A stretch of 27,233 nucleotides of DNA, taken from NCBI RefSeq assembly GCF_006345805.1, contig NW_021833378.1, positions 1-27,233 of the forward strand. Reading direction: 5' to 3'. The stretch's first letter is position 1; every line of letters starts with the position of its first letter. This DNA is from Octopus sinensis. Lineage: Eukaryota. Both the position numbers and the translations under genes were made by a program. This document shows positions 10,247-21,439 of this stretch, in pieces. The notes beneath the pieces are model-generated. The model was not told the origin of the DNA, did not search any database, and saw only the letters and a program-made list of their open reading frames with translations.

Positions 10247-10622
10247 GGGAGCGAGCTGGCAGAAACGTTAGCACGCCGGGCGAAATGCTTAGCAGTATTT
10301 CGTCTGCCGTTACGTTCTGAGTTCAAATTCCGCCGAGGACAACTTTGACTTTCATCCTTTCGGGGTCGATAAATTAAGTACCAGTTACGCACTGGGGTCG
10401 ATGTAATCGACTTAATCCGTTTGTCTGACCTTATTTGTCCCCTCTATGTTTAGCCCCTTGTGGGTAGTAAAGAAATAGGTATTTCGTCTGCCGTTGCGCT
10501 CTGAGTTCAAATTCCGCCGAAGTAGACTTTGGCTTTCATTTTTTTCGGGGTCGATGAAATAAGTACCAGTTACGCACTGGGGTCGATATAATCGACTAGT
10601 CCCCTTCCCCACAAAATTTTCA
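10247..10622 (+). mobile_element. Dimeric SINE family 2 (tail-1 unit + 5'-truncated tail-2 unit)
   Basis: Full unit 10247-10478, then the body restarts at GGTATTTCGTCTGCCG and ends CCCCTTCCCCACAAAATTTT. Confidence 0.9.
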
Positions 10623-11064
10623 AGTATTGAGTAGAAATATTTTGTTTACTTTTTCCATCTGAATTCCAAATTTCAATTTATAAAGAGTTTCTTTTTTTTT
10701 TTTTTGCATTCGCGTCATTCTGTACATCATCATCATCATCAACCTGATTTAGATTTTAGCTATTTTGTCTCAAGCATATTATGTATTTGAGATTCCTTCC
10801 CACTCCGCAGCTAATGTTATCTCTTAGCCACGTAATGATATTTCAGGTACTCGTCAACACCCCTCCCCACCTCCGCGCCATCACTTCTCTCTCATCTCAG
10901 CCACATTTCTGTATGGGTTTGATATTTGATTGCAGACACGTTCTATTTCTACTCATTGATGCCAGCTGTGTTCTCTGTTCTGTCCTTTTCAAGACTGTCT
11001 TGCGAAGGAAATCAGGAATGCTGGCTGAAAATACGACTTCTAGACACGTGAAAACGGTGTGATT

Positions 11065-11069
<5 letters not shown>

Positions 11070-11127
<58 letters not shown>
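11070..11127. repeat. (GA)n microsatellite
   Basis: Direct reading. Confidence 0.95.
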
Positions 11128-11151
<24 letters not shown>

Positions 11152-11667
11152 TGGTGGTGGTGATAATGGTAAACGAAGGTGAGGTTAACGGTAGTATGAG
11201 TAACACATTCAGGTGTAGAATGGCAACTATTCAACGCTAAAATGTAAAAGACTGCTTGCTAAAGTTGATCCATAAACTATTGTTACATTCACCTGGATTT
11301 TATCCAGAAATTTACAGACAGGTATTTTGAAGAAGCTACAGCCGACATTCCCAGTCCCCGCCCCACTCTTTTCAATCATGATAGACTTAATTAAAGCTGA
11401 TTAGTAAACCATGAAAAACTGTGGGTTGTTGAACAGGGTGTGTGCAAAAAAACAACGAAACTCAAATAATGTGGTGGCATCAGAAAATAATGCCATGTAT
11501 TCATGCAGCAGCGCAGATTTTTTGTTAGAGGAGGAAATGTGAAATAGGTAGAAGTATGTTAATGGGGCTATCACGAATAAACGGCAACGAGGAGGGGACA
11601 ACGAAGGGGCCTCTTTATAGTCCACCCGACAAGCTGGAAATAACAGCCAAATCTCCTTCAAATTATT

Positions 11668-11897
11668 ATTTCTTTACTACCCACAATGGGCTAAACACAG
11701 AGGGACAAACAAGGACAGACAAACGGATTAAGTTGATTACATCGACCCCAGTGCGTAACTGGCACTTAATTTATCGACCCCGAAAGGATGAAAGGTAAAG
11801 TCGACATCGGCGGAAATTTGAACTCAGAACGTAATGCCAGACGAAATACGGCTACGCATTCCGCCCGGAGTGCTAACGTTTCTGCCAGCTCGCCGCC
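11668..11897 (-). mobile_element. SINE family 2, full length (tail type 1)
   Basis: Reverse complement of the 10247-10478 unit, beginning GGCGGCGAGCTGGCAGAAACGTTAGC. Confidence 0.9.
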
Positions 11898-11995
11898 TTA
11901 TCTCCTTAAAATTATATCCTTGGGTTGGGATTTTCAAATTTATAAATATTAGACTGGAAAAAATATGAGTGAACATATTTCGTGCGCAAAACGAA

Positions 11996-12240
11996 GGCGA
12001 GCGGTGTTGTGGTTAGAATGTTGCATTTCTGGTTTCGATTCCCAGATGGGAGGTGCGTTGTGTTTTGGGGCTAAGTCACTTCATTTCACGGTGTTCCAGT
12101 TCATTCGGCGGTAAACGAGTAACCTTGCAACAAACAGATTCCCTCCCGTTCAGGGGAAATGTTGGGATCTCAGTCCACTTAGAACGCCATGGAAATCAAA
12201 TAACCAGCCTTGTGAGTCCTGGGACTTGAAACAGTAATGT
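11996..12240 (+). mobile_element. SINE family 3-related copy (tRNA head + CORE-like box)
   Basis: GTGTTGTGGTTAGAATG..GGTTTCGATTCCC..GCTAAGTCACTTCATTTCACGGTGTTCCAGTTCATTC..CCCGTTCAGGGGAA; ends near (GAC/GAT)n. Confidence 0.6.
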
Positions 12241-13486
12241 GCACGGTTGATGACGACGACGACGACGATGATTTTTATCAATGAAAAGACAGAACAGAGT
12301 TCGCACCGATATTGTTCTTCCTTTCTCCATGGTGTCGGACAAATTTAAGGTTTCAAACCATCTTGAATTTTATAAATTGCTTTGTACCCTTTTCATGACA
12401 CACAGGACCCCAACAATTAGCAGGGGTCTGCTGTGCTCCACGAGACACGCTGTTCAATGTGTCTTAGGCATATAACGAACATACACTGTTTTCTTCCTCA
12501 GTATCAAACACTTGTCGCAAACAATAACAAACGCCCAATCAATGACATCTAAAACTAATGGCCAAGAACCCCAGTGGCCAAGTCCACACCGCTTAATTTA
12601 ACTTTTGCGTTAGATCGTCTTTCTCCATGGCCAGAAACGATTTGCTGAAAATGTTATGCTGTCCATGTACAAATCCTAAATAGATTTCTTCCAAATTATT
12701 TTTTAAAAACTATTGTATCAATCCTGGGCTGTGTTCTTTGGAACAAAAGTGAAATTTCAAATCAACAAAAAAGTGCAAAGAATTTTTTGATAAAATGTCT
12801 GTATAAAAGAATTGATAAAATGTCTGTATTACCATATTGTAACAGCTTTAGTAAAGTCACTACATTTTTTGACTATGTTACGCCAGCTGAGTTTATGTGA
12901 AGATAATAAAAGTTGTTCACAAGTTCATCGATATTAATTGTTAACAGATCAATAGCTATTTGGAGACAGCTGTGTATACAATGTGTGTCACAAAGTCAAT
13001 GTCAGCGAAGTCTCTTTCAAGTTTAGTTTTAAATTGTGTCCAGGAAACACCATCACGTTGGTGCTCTTGGTATTGTTTTTCAGACGCATGATTGATGGAA
13101 TGACCATTCAGTCATTTTCTCTCAGACAGTCGTACTATTTCGGTCAGCAGTGGAAATGTTCGAAACACACACACACACACACACACACACCACACACATT
13201 TACAAACTACGTGCAGGTAATCACGAGTTTAAAATGGTTGATAGTAGACATATGTGTGTATGCACGTATGTATGTGTGTATATATATATCTATATATATA
13301 TATATATATATAATATATATATATATTGTATGTATATGGTCAAAAGGTGAGCACTAGAGATGCTCAATATAGATAATACGTAGTAGAGTTCATATGGTTG
13401 AACTTTAACCCGAAGTCTTTAACGAGGTCAAGGGTTATACTCATGCATTTATCTCCTGAATATATTCAGTTATTTGTATTTATACA

Positions 13487-13645
13487 TTTCTATCTATATA
13501 TATCTATGCAATCTGTTGTAGGTATATTTATATCAAGCTAATCCTGTTTATCTGCATATATATATATATATATATATATGCAGATAAACAGGATTAAGCT
13601 TGATATAAATATACATACAGGTTCATAGATATATATAGATAGAAA
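13487..13645. repeat. ~160-bp near-perfect palindrome centred on (TA)n
   Basis: Left arm TTTCTATCTATATATATCTATG..GTATATTTATATCAAGCTAATCCTGTTTATCTGCA; right arm TGCAGATAAACAGGATTAAGCTTGATATAAATATAC..CATAGATATATATAGATAGAAA. Confidence 0.9.
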
Positions 13646-13715
13646 ATATATTATATAATATATATTAATATATACGCACGAGCACACCCACACACACACA
13701 CACATGTATATATAA

Positions 13716-13882
13716 TGGGTTTCGCACAGTTTTCTTCTAAATTCCTCTGAAAAAGGCATTGATGACACCAAGAATTCAAGTGTGTAAAAGAAACCATTAG
13801 ACAAAGATTCCGCGCTGTGTGCTCGAACTTGGAACGACGTGGGCGCGATGCGAACTTCTTAACTCTACTGCCATGCCAGCAC
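13716..13882 (-). mobile_element. Very degenerate SINE family 1 head half
   Basis: GGGTTTCGCACAGTTTT..AAGGCATTG..CCGCGCTGTG..GAACTTGGAACGACGTGG..GCGAACTTCTTAAC..GCCATGCCAGCACC follows the order of the family consensus. Confidence 0.5.
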
Positions 13883-14094
13883 CACTATCTGCTGATTCTT
13901 TGGTTTATTGACAAATAAACAGCTTTTGCTATTTGATATCTTAATAGATAAAACACACACAGCTCGTGCAGAGCAAATGCGATCTCCTCTCTCATAAGCG
14001 TTCTTTCATATTGTACTCACTGACCTACTCTCTGCCTGTCTGCCTGTCTGTCTGTCTGTTTCTCTCTCGCTCTCTCTCTTTGTCTTTCTCTCTC

Positions 14095-14136
<42 letters not shown>

Positions 14137-14176
14137 ATCATCTCGGCTAAGATTTCACTAATTAATTCATCAACAG

Positions 14177-14250
14177 GCTTCTTTCCACCAAAGGATCTGC
14201 ATTTTAATAGGACATGTGACTTTGTTAACTTGTTCTACTTAACTCAAGGA
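14177..14250 (+). CDS. Candidate internal exon (unconfirmed)
   Basis: Acceptor TTAATTCATCAACAG, donor GA|GTGAGC; open frame (G)FFPPKDLHFNRTCDFVNLFYLTQG, phase 1 in, phase 0 out. Confidence 0.25.
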
Positions 14251-14422
14251 GTGAGCGTACGGCAGAGAAGAAAGTATGCCCTGCTGAGTTAGCTTCACAT
14301 CTGGTCAGGATCGGAATTTTTGTCATTCGCAATTCTCGGCTCTTGAACCGATAGAACTATTCTCGTGAAAGTGGAACCAAAACAGGTTTTCAAACATTTT
14401 AGAATGCCCAGAAAAATTACTA

Positions 14423-15110
14423 TACACAAGGTGCATTCCAGAAGTTTTCAAGCTTTTTCGGTCAAGAAAAACTATTCATTCCAAAGAAGTACAACACTCT
14501 TGTCTCTTTGAAAGTCGGATCCTCTGACTTCAATGCACTGGTTGGAGCATTCCACCCACTTCGCGAAGGTCCCATTGAAGTCCTCCATAATGAAGGTACT
14601 CTGAACCCTAGCTCCATCTTCCTTCCTCTTTAAAACGACTGCCCCTGAGGTTCTTCAGCTTAGGGCTCAACCCAAATTACAGGGAGCATGGCCTAGATTG
14701 TAGGAAGGGCGAGGGGCAGTTCCGACACCCATCTCTGTCAAGGTAGTTGGTTACCACTGGGGCAGCTTGCGAACAAACTCTACACCAATTTCGTGCACGT
14801 TCAGATGAGTAATTCGATGAACAGTCGCCACACCTACTCCAAACTGTGTGTCTTTAAAGACACACAATGTTCTTCATCCAGAAAATTGCGAATTTTCTGG
14901 AAAACCCTGCTTTTCTGACGTACCTCACCTCATCGTGTCTCACTTCCTCTCAACCGGCCGTGAATCTCTTGTATGATGCTCGGACTCATATAAGTTAATC
15001 TGTAAACACCCTAGAGTATTTCATAAGTTTCTTTTAGCATTGTCTTCCCGTCCCGACTGTGAGAAGCAGAGTTCAGGAGCGTCGGTTAAAAAAACTGTTA
15101 CAGCCGCCGC
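14423..15110 (-). mobile_element. Decayed mariner (DD34D-type) transposon, internally deleted
   Basis: HTH region (MLKETYEIL..; QKIRNFLDEEHCVSLKT..FGVGVATVHRI..FVRKL) joins at ~14760 to the C-terminus VVTNYL.TEMGVGTAPRPSYNLGHAPCN..KLKNLRGSRF..EDFNGTFAKWVECSNQCIEVRGSDF (degenerate HPPYSPDLAPCDF). TA followed by a TIR-like CACAAGGTGCATTCCAGAAGTTTT at 14423. Confidence 0.85.
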
Positions 15111-15201
15111 CTCCTTCAATCTAAATTGACAAAAGTTGGCCGGTCAGCTTATTAGATGTATAATAATGATAGACTAAAATTACAACAATCTAGGGCGGGC
15201 T

Positions 15202-15355
15202 TTTTGTTTGTTTCAGTCATTTGACTGCAGCAATGATAGAGCACCGCCTATTGGTCTCTTTTGCCGAACCGCTATGTGACGGGGACGTAAACATACCAAC
15301 ATCAGTTGTCAAGCGATGTTGGGAGGACAAACACAGGCACACACACACACACACA

Positions 15356-15396
<41 letters not shown>

Positions 15397-15580
15397 CACA
15401 CACACATACACACACACACACACACACATACGACAGGCTTCTTTCAGTTTCCGTCTACCAAATCCACTTTGGTCAGCTATAATAGAAGACACTTGCCCAA
15501 AGTGTCACGCAGTGGGACTGAACCCGGAACCATGTGGTTTGTAAGCAAGCTACTTATCACACAACCACTGCTGAGTCTAT
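15202..15580 (-). mobile_element. SINE family 1, near full length with a tail deletion
   Basis: Tail TTTCAGTCATTTGACTGCAGC..., internal (CA)n, head ..GGGACTGAACCCGGAACCATGTGG..AAGCAAGCTACTTATCACACAACCACT. Confidence 0.9.
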
Positions 15581-15594
15581 AACAATTGTGAGAC

Positions 15595-15689
15595 GCTTAC
15601 AGCACCTAGGTTTCCCAAGCGGTCCACCCATCTAAGTACTCACTAGGATCAACGTTGCTTAAGTTCGGTGATCGGACGAGAACCGGTGC
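15595..15689 (-). pseudogene. 5'-truncated 5S rRNA pseudogene
   Basis: Reverse strand GCACCGGTTCTCGTCCGATCACCGAACTTAAGCAACGTTGATCCTAGTGAGTACTTAGATGGGTGGACCGCTTGGGAAACCTAGGTGCTGTAAGC matches the last ~95 nt of invertebrate 5S rRNA including the internal control region; the 5' end and the T-run terminator are missing. Confidence 0.85.
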
Positions 15690-16234
15690 TGTAATGTGTA
15701 TGTGTATGTGTGTGTAGAAAAAGAGAATGACAGAGGCAGAAAGAAGGAGAAAGGGACAGAAATTCGTGAATGATAACGAAGGGAGAATGACGAAGTGTAG
15801 ATAAAAAGAAGAAATGTAACTGAAAGGAAACAAAAAAAAATATACGAAGAAAATGGAGCAAGACTTGATCAGATTAAAAATGATTGAAAGCGGAGGGAGA
15901 GAGATAGAAGGGGGGGGGAGAGAAACTCCGTCGTTTATGACCGGTACTCTACCAATGTGCTTTGTGTGTGTGTGCGTGTGTGTGTATTCTGTGTGTGTGT
16001 GTGCTAAGTTTGATATCTACTGATGGTTTCATCTGTTATTTCGATTTACAAAACTCATCGGTGTCAACAGTCAGGAATTTCAATAAAGCAGAGCACAATA
16101 GTAGGGTGGGTTGACTGAAAGAAAGAAAGAAAGAGAGAGCGAGGGGATGAATGTGTGTGTGTGTGGTGCACGTATATATAGATATATACGTGTGTGTGTG
16201 TGTGTGTATGTATATATATATATATACGTATGTG

Positions 16235-16284
<50 letters not shown>

Positions 16285-16806
16285 CACATACATGCATACA
16301 TGCACACACGCACATACACACATACATATAAATGTATGTATGTATTTATATGTGGAGAGCGCGAGAGAGGGATATAGAGAGAGGGGGAAGCGGAAGGAGA
16401 GAAGTGAAAAGAAAGCGTGGAGGGAGAAGGGGGGAGTAATGTCAAAACATTCTGGACTTCGTAGTGTGTGGAGAGTTGGTTAAAATACCTTTAGGTTTGA
16501 TAAGGAGAAAGAATTTTAACAATTGGAGATAAGAACGCGTATGAATGGAGATAACACACGTATGCTGTGGGAGACACACACACACACACACATACACACA
16601 CATACACACACACGCACGCACGCACACACACACACACACACCATGGCATTTATATAGGCACGTAGTTTTATAGGCATAAACATTGTTGCCCATTTCGCAC
16701 AATATACAGAGCCTCGGGAGAGCATTTGTACTATGTAGATGGATACTCATGTGAAAACACTGACATTAGTGTGTGTGTGTGTTGTATATATATATATATA
16801 ATATAT

Positions 16807-16838
<32 letters not shown>

Positions 16839-16855
16839 ATATATATATATATATA

Positions 16856-17202
16856 CTCTTTTACTTGTTGCAGTCATTTGACTGCGGCCATGCTGGAGCA
16901 CCGCCTTTAGTCGAGCAAATCGACCCCGGACTTATTCTTTGTAAGCCCAGTACTTATTCATCGGTCTCTTTTGCCGAACCGCTAAGTGACGGGGACGTAA
17001 ACACACCAGCAATCGGTTGTCAAGCAATGCTAGGGGGAAAACACACACACAAACACACACATACACATATATATATACGTATACACGACAGGCTTCTTTC
17101 AGTTTCCGTCAACCAAATCCACTCACAAGGCATTGGTCGGCCCGGGGCTATAGCAGAAGACACTTGCCCAAGATGCCACGCAGTGGGACTGAACCCGGAA
17201 CC

Positions 17203-17205
<3 letters not shown>
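16856..17205 (-). mobile_element. SINE family 1, well preserved, head clipped by a microsatellite
   Basis: CTTTTACTTGTTGCAGTCATTTGACTGCGGCCATGCTGGAGCACCGCC..., internal CA/TA tract, ..GCAGTGGGACTGAACCCGGAACCAT. Confidence 0.9.
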
Positions 17206-17233
<28 letters not shown>

Positions 17234-17258
17234 TGTATATATATATAATATATATATG

Positions 17259-17325
<67 letters not shown>

Positions 17326-17779
17326 ATATATACTTTTATAAAGCTGCAAAAACCTATAACTCAGAGTTTCACGTTTCCGTTCGTCGGTCAATTGTGTTCA
17401 AGACTCTTGATCACAACTGTCCGAGAAACGGAAAATGTGAAACTCTGAGAAACGTTTTTTGCGATGTTTTTTGCAGTTCTAATAATAAAAAAAAAAAACC
17501 CATATACCTCTACCTTCGGTATTCGAGTACTATTTTTTCCACCTTGTTTTGCATTTACGTGCTTACTCTAGTATATTAGTATAATATATATGATGACGAT
17601 GATGATGATGATGGTGATGATGATGCTGATGGTGATGATGATGAAATTGATGGCTGTGTCTCATAGTCTCTCGTAGTCCAAGAAAGACTGTTCCGCAATT
17701 TCTCGCTGAACAAGCTGCACAAAGGATTTGTTTTAGAGTGATCAAATGTTTAGACTGCTCAGTAGCTTATTCCCTTTAT

Positions 17780-17958
17780 TGAATCGATGTCGCTTGAACA
17801 GGGGCACAGGGTATACCACACGTCAAGAATCGAAGGGATCGAAGTGCAACGCGAGAGGAAGTGTTTTGCTCAAGAACACAACACGCCATCCTGTCCAAGA
17901 ATCGAAACCACGTTCTTGTGATCGTGAGCGCAACATTCTAACCACTAGGCCATGGCCC
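17780..17958 (-). mobile_element. SINE family 3 copy
   Basis: Reverse strand GGCCATGGCCTAGTGGTTAGAATGTTG..GTGGTTTCGATTC..GTGTTCTTGAGCAAAACACTTCC. Confidence 0.7.
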
Positions 17959-18102
17959 TCCTCCTCCTCCTCCTCCTCCTCACACTCGTGCACTCGAACA
18001 CATGCAGCCCCGTTATACATATTTTCTTGTTCTTCATCTTCTTCTAAAGTACACATCTGATACAGTACTACAATGGAGCCACTCCATCACTCCATCAACC
18101 TG

Positions 18103-18240
18103 GATTGGTAATTTATTAGTCGACCCCAAAAGAATGCAAGGCTGAAAGTAAAGTTGGTCTATACTGGATCCGAAATCAAAACGGCGAGAGCCGGAACAAA
18201 ACTGCAATGCAATCTACCTGACTCGTTCCCGACACTGCCA
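18103..18240 (-). mobile_element. Very degenerate SINE family 2 remnant
   Basis: TGGTAATTTATTAGTCGACCCCAAAAGAATG..AAAGTTGGTC resembles TGGTACTTATTTTATCGACCCCGAAAGGATGAAAGG. Confidence 0.4.
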
Positions 18241-18340
18241 ATTCAACGTCTTTCATATAACGTGACGAGACTCAAATTTAGTTCTGCTAAGTGCGGAAGT
18301 TCGCAGTATGCCCTAACTAGCTGGGATAATATTTGCGTAC

Positions 18341-18722
18341 GGAATGGGACGATTGGGCGCGGCTATTTCGACGCTGGTGAATTGGATCGGCTGACTGGAT
18401 ATTCAGCGTGTTTTGGCCACAGCACCTTTTGGAATTGGAGGCAAACACACTCATTCGTATGTATGCAACGCGCACGCGTAGAAATATACATATACAGAGT
18501 GAGCAAGAGGGAGCGAGGGAGGGAGAGGGAGAGAGAGAGAGAAAGACAGAGAGTGAAAGAGAGATTAATAGATAGATTGATAGGTAGATAGAAAGAAGAG
18601 AGAGAGAGAGAGAGAGAGAGAACGAGAGAAACATTAAAACGTTTGATGTGAAATATGTAGATTTGAATCAGCGGCGCCAAATAGGTGGTGCCAAAACGAC
18701 TGCGCCAAAACTTGTCATATTC
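18341..18722. mobile_element. Possible MITE with degenerate subterminally repetitive TIRs
   Basis: Left GAATGGGACGATTGGGCGCGGCTATTTCGACGC versus reverse of right GAATATGACAAGTTTTGGCGCAGTCGTTTTGGCAC; GCCAAA repeated three times at 18672-18710. Confidence 0.35.
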
Positions 18723-18859
18723 GTTTACATATGTATTGTGTTGCAGACATTGCTTGACTAGGGATCAGGAACTTCTTTTTGTAATGGCTACCTTTGATCT
18801 TTTGTTACTGGCAATGCTCACTAAACAAGTCGTGGCACAAACGATTGCTATCGACTGTT

Positions 18860-19200
18860 GAATGGTCTAGAAATCAGAATAAACACCTCAAAGGTCCACT
18901 TGACGAGTCCTGATTTAGACAATCTTTCCAACTGATATCAGAAACTTGTGCTATTGAGCTGAGATTCAAAGAGTCATGGCTGTTTAATATCTTACCAAAA
19001 TATCTGAGAGATCAACATGCAGGGTAGATGTTTTCAAAAAACACCATTCTTCTGCTGTCCAAGATTCCAGATGGACCAAGATCCAGGAAGAAACTCAAAC
19101 GAGGGCAGCGATATCAAACTCCCTCCTGACCAATGAAAAGGTGATGATACTGGCGGTGCCCCAACACGGGCACAGCCCTTTATGCTGAGACACGGAAAAG
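18860..19200 (+). mobile_element. 3' end of a CR1/L2-group LINE
   Basis: LRFKESWLFNILPKYLRD..LSKIPDGP from 18959 resembles the GPxLFNxLP..LR..IPDxP C-terminus of this group; followed by a 3' UTR ending GGCGGTGCCCCAACACGGGCACAGC. Confidence 0.65.
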
Positions 19201-19339
19201 TGTAAAAGTGTAAATGAGATTCGTTTCTTCTTTGCTGCCCTTCATACAGCCATGTTTCACAACTGTCTTAAGCTACAAAAAGGCTGCCTAACGTATATCG
19301 GCATTACTATATCATTTTTTTTTTCATTTAACCAGAGAA

Positions 19340-19750
19340 TAGCTGTGTGGTTCAGACATTTGCTTTGCAACCAGCTGGTTTCGGGTTCGGTTCTGCAGCG
19401 TGGCACCTAAGGAAAGTATCTTTTTACTATAGTACTGGGCCAAGCAATAACTTCTGAGTGAATTTGGTGAATTTCTGAGTGAAACTGTGTAGAAGCCCGT
19501 CGTAATTAAATATATATATATGAGTGTGTGTGTATCCCCTACCACCGCTTGACCACCAGTGTTGGTTTGTCTGTGTACCCCGCAACTTTGCGGTTCGGCC
19601 AAAGTGACCGATAGAATAAATTCCAGGCTTAAAAAAAAAAGCCAAAAAACTGCATTAGTACTGGAGTCGATTTGTTCGACTGAAACCCTTCAAGATGCCG
19701 CCCCTGCATGGCCGCTGTCCAATGACTAAAACAAGAAAATGATAAAAGGA
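19340..19750 (+). mobile_element. SINE family 1, full length, diverged
   Basis: GCTGTGTGGTTCAG..CGGGTTCGGTTC..AGAAGCCCGTCGTA, TA/TG tract, then tail to GCATGGCCGCTGTCCAATGACTAAAACAAG. Confidence 0.85.
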
Positions 19751-19804
19751 AAAGAAGATATGAATGAATATCAAATGACCAGTGTCACAATACTGCCAGG
19801 CCAG

Positions 19805-19809
19805 CATCA

Positions 19810-19848
<39 letters not shown>

Positions 19849-20037
19849 GTCCAAGAATTTGGACCTGGAGATCTCTATTTCCAGCGACTTCGAGGGCTAC
19901 CTCCCAGTGGTATCGGGCGTCAACGAAGAGCCCTCGACTACAACAAGACGACCAAAGTATTTTTTTCCCAAGGTCTGGGGTCTCCCGCCCCTAAGCCCTA
20001 GACCATCACCTAATCACCCTTACCCGTCCTGTTGCTT

Positions 20038-20069
<32 letters not shown>

Positions 20070-20160
20070 AAACAACATCAACAACAACAACAACGACATC
20101 AGCAGCAGCAGCAGCAGCAACAACAACAACAACAACAACAGCAACAACATCAACAGCAGC
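19805..20160. repeat. (CAG)n and (CAA/CAG)n trinucleotide tracts flanking a GC-richer unique island
   Basis: Direct reading. Confidence 0.9.
19885..19956 (+). CDS. Candidate internal exon (unconfirmed)
   Basis: Acceptor GATCTCTATTTCCAG, donor AA|GTATTT; 72 nt, phase 0/0, RLRGLPPSGIGRQRRALDYNKTTK. Confidence 0.25.
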
Positions 20161-20692
20161 TCTTTTTGGGGTTAAATAATTCGGGGGAAAACCCTTTACT
20201 ACAGCAATTACTCATTCTCGTTTTCCTCCTTTACTATTTGTAGTATTTCCCCTCTAAGACATTGCATTGTTTCTCATTGAAAGCCTGAAGCAAATTGAAC
20301 GCCATCGAGATGAATGTAAAGAAAATGAATTAGATTTCACGAGGCTACACATCTCAGAAAATAATAAGCGAAACTCGTAAAATATTTCAATGGTTGTAAC
20401 GAACTATTTAAGTCGTCGTTGAAAGACACGCCTAGCTTCGCTATTGTTTGTTAATAACACTTCCAACTTATAAAGAATGCAGCTAATCTGTCTTTAGTCA
20501 GTCTCTTCTAACCCTGATAAACAACACGAACAGCTTCATAGCTTCAAGTAATAATATATTCTTATTTATTTGTTGGTATGTGTGCTTAGATATTTGTGTG
20601 TATATATGCGTGCAGACAGGTATATAAAACTGACTTGGGACATATGCAAATGTGGTTGCGTATGTGGTATGTATGTGAGGTTAAGTGTGTAT

Positions 20693-21076
20693 CGTGGCAC
20701 TCCGTCGGTTACGACGATGAGGGTTCCAGTTGATCCGATCAACGGAACAGCCTGCTCGTGAAATGAACGTGCAAGTGGCTGAGCACTCCACAGACACGTG
20801 TACCCTTAACGTAGTTGTCGGGGAGATTCAGCGTGACACAGAGTGTAATAAAGCTGGCCCCTTTGAAATACAGGTACAGTAGAAACAGGAAGAAAGAGTG
20901 AGAGAAGAAAGTTGTGGTGAAAGAGTACAGCAGGGTTCGCCACCACTCCTGCCGGAGCCTCGTGGAGCTTTAGGTGTTTTCGCTCAATAAACACTCACAA
21001 CGCCCGGTCTGGCAATCGAAACCGCGTCCTACGACGCGAGTCCGCTGCCCTCACCACTGGGTCATTGCGCCTTCAT
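20693..21076 (-). mobile_element. Young full-length tRNA-derived SINE (family 4) with TSD
   Basis: Head GAAGGCGCAATGACCCAGTGGTGAGGGCAG..GGTTTCGATTGCC; tail ..GGAACCCTCATCGTCGTAACCGACGGAGTGCCA; TSD TTAAGTGTGTAT (20681-20692) and TTAAGTGTGGAT (21077-21088). Confidence 0.9.
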
Positions 21077-21439
21077 TTAAGTGTGGATATATGTATGATG
21101 TGATGTGATGTGATGTGATATGTGTGTGTGTGTGTGTGCGTGTGTGTAGAGGGGAGAGAGAGAGAGAAGTGAGAAAGAGTGACTATAAGCAGGTGTATCT
21201 ATGTATATATGTAAATATTTGTGTACTTGGGGTATGTATGCATTTATGTATGTGTGTACGTATGTATGTGTGTGTGTGTGTGTATCTATCTGTTTAATGT
21301 TCGCATGTACACAAACACACACACACGAAAATGTGGCATTAATCATACGCAATAAGTCTCATATTATATGTGTGTGTGTGTGTGCGTGCGTGTGTGTATG
21401 TATGTGCATATTTGTATGTGAGTGGTGTATGTACCGTTC

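Noticed and set aside
10841-11065. Several AG/GT-bounded segments that could be exons
   Set aside because: Weak donors and no convincing frame.
12290-13170. Possible very old Tc1- or hAT-like coding remnants on minus (e.g. FVTHIVYTAVSK)
   Set aside because: Motifs too degenerate to assign by eye; needs a translated HMM search.
19739-20179. 146-aa polyQ/polyT ORF
   Set aside because: Its ATG lies in a SINE tail and most of its length is CAG/CAA repeat; only the central island may be exonic, and the frame is unresolved.
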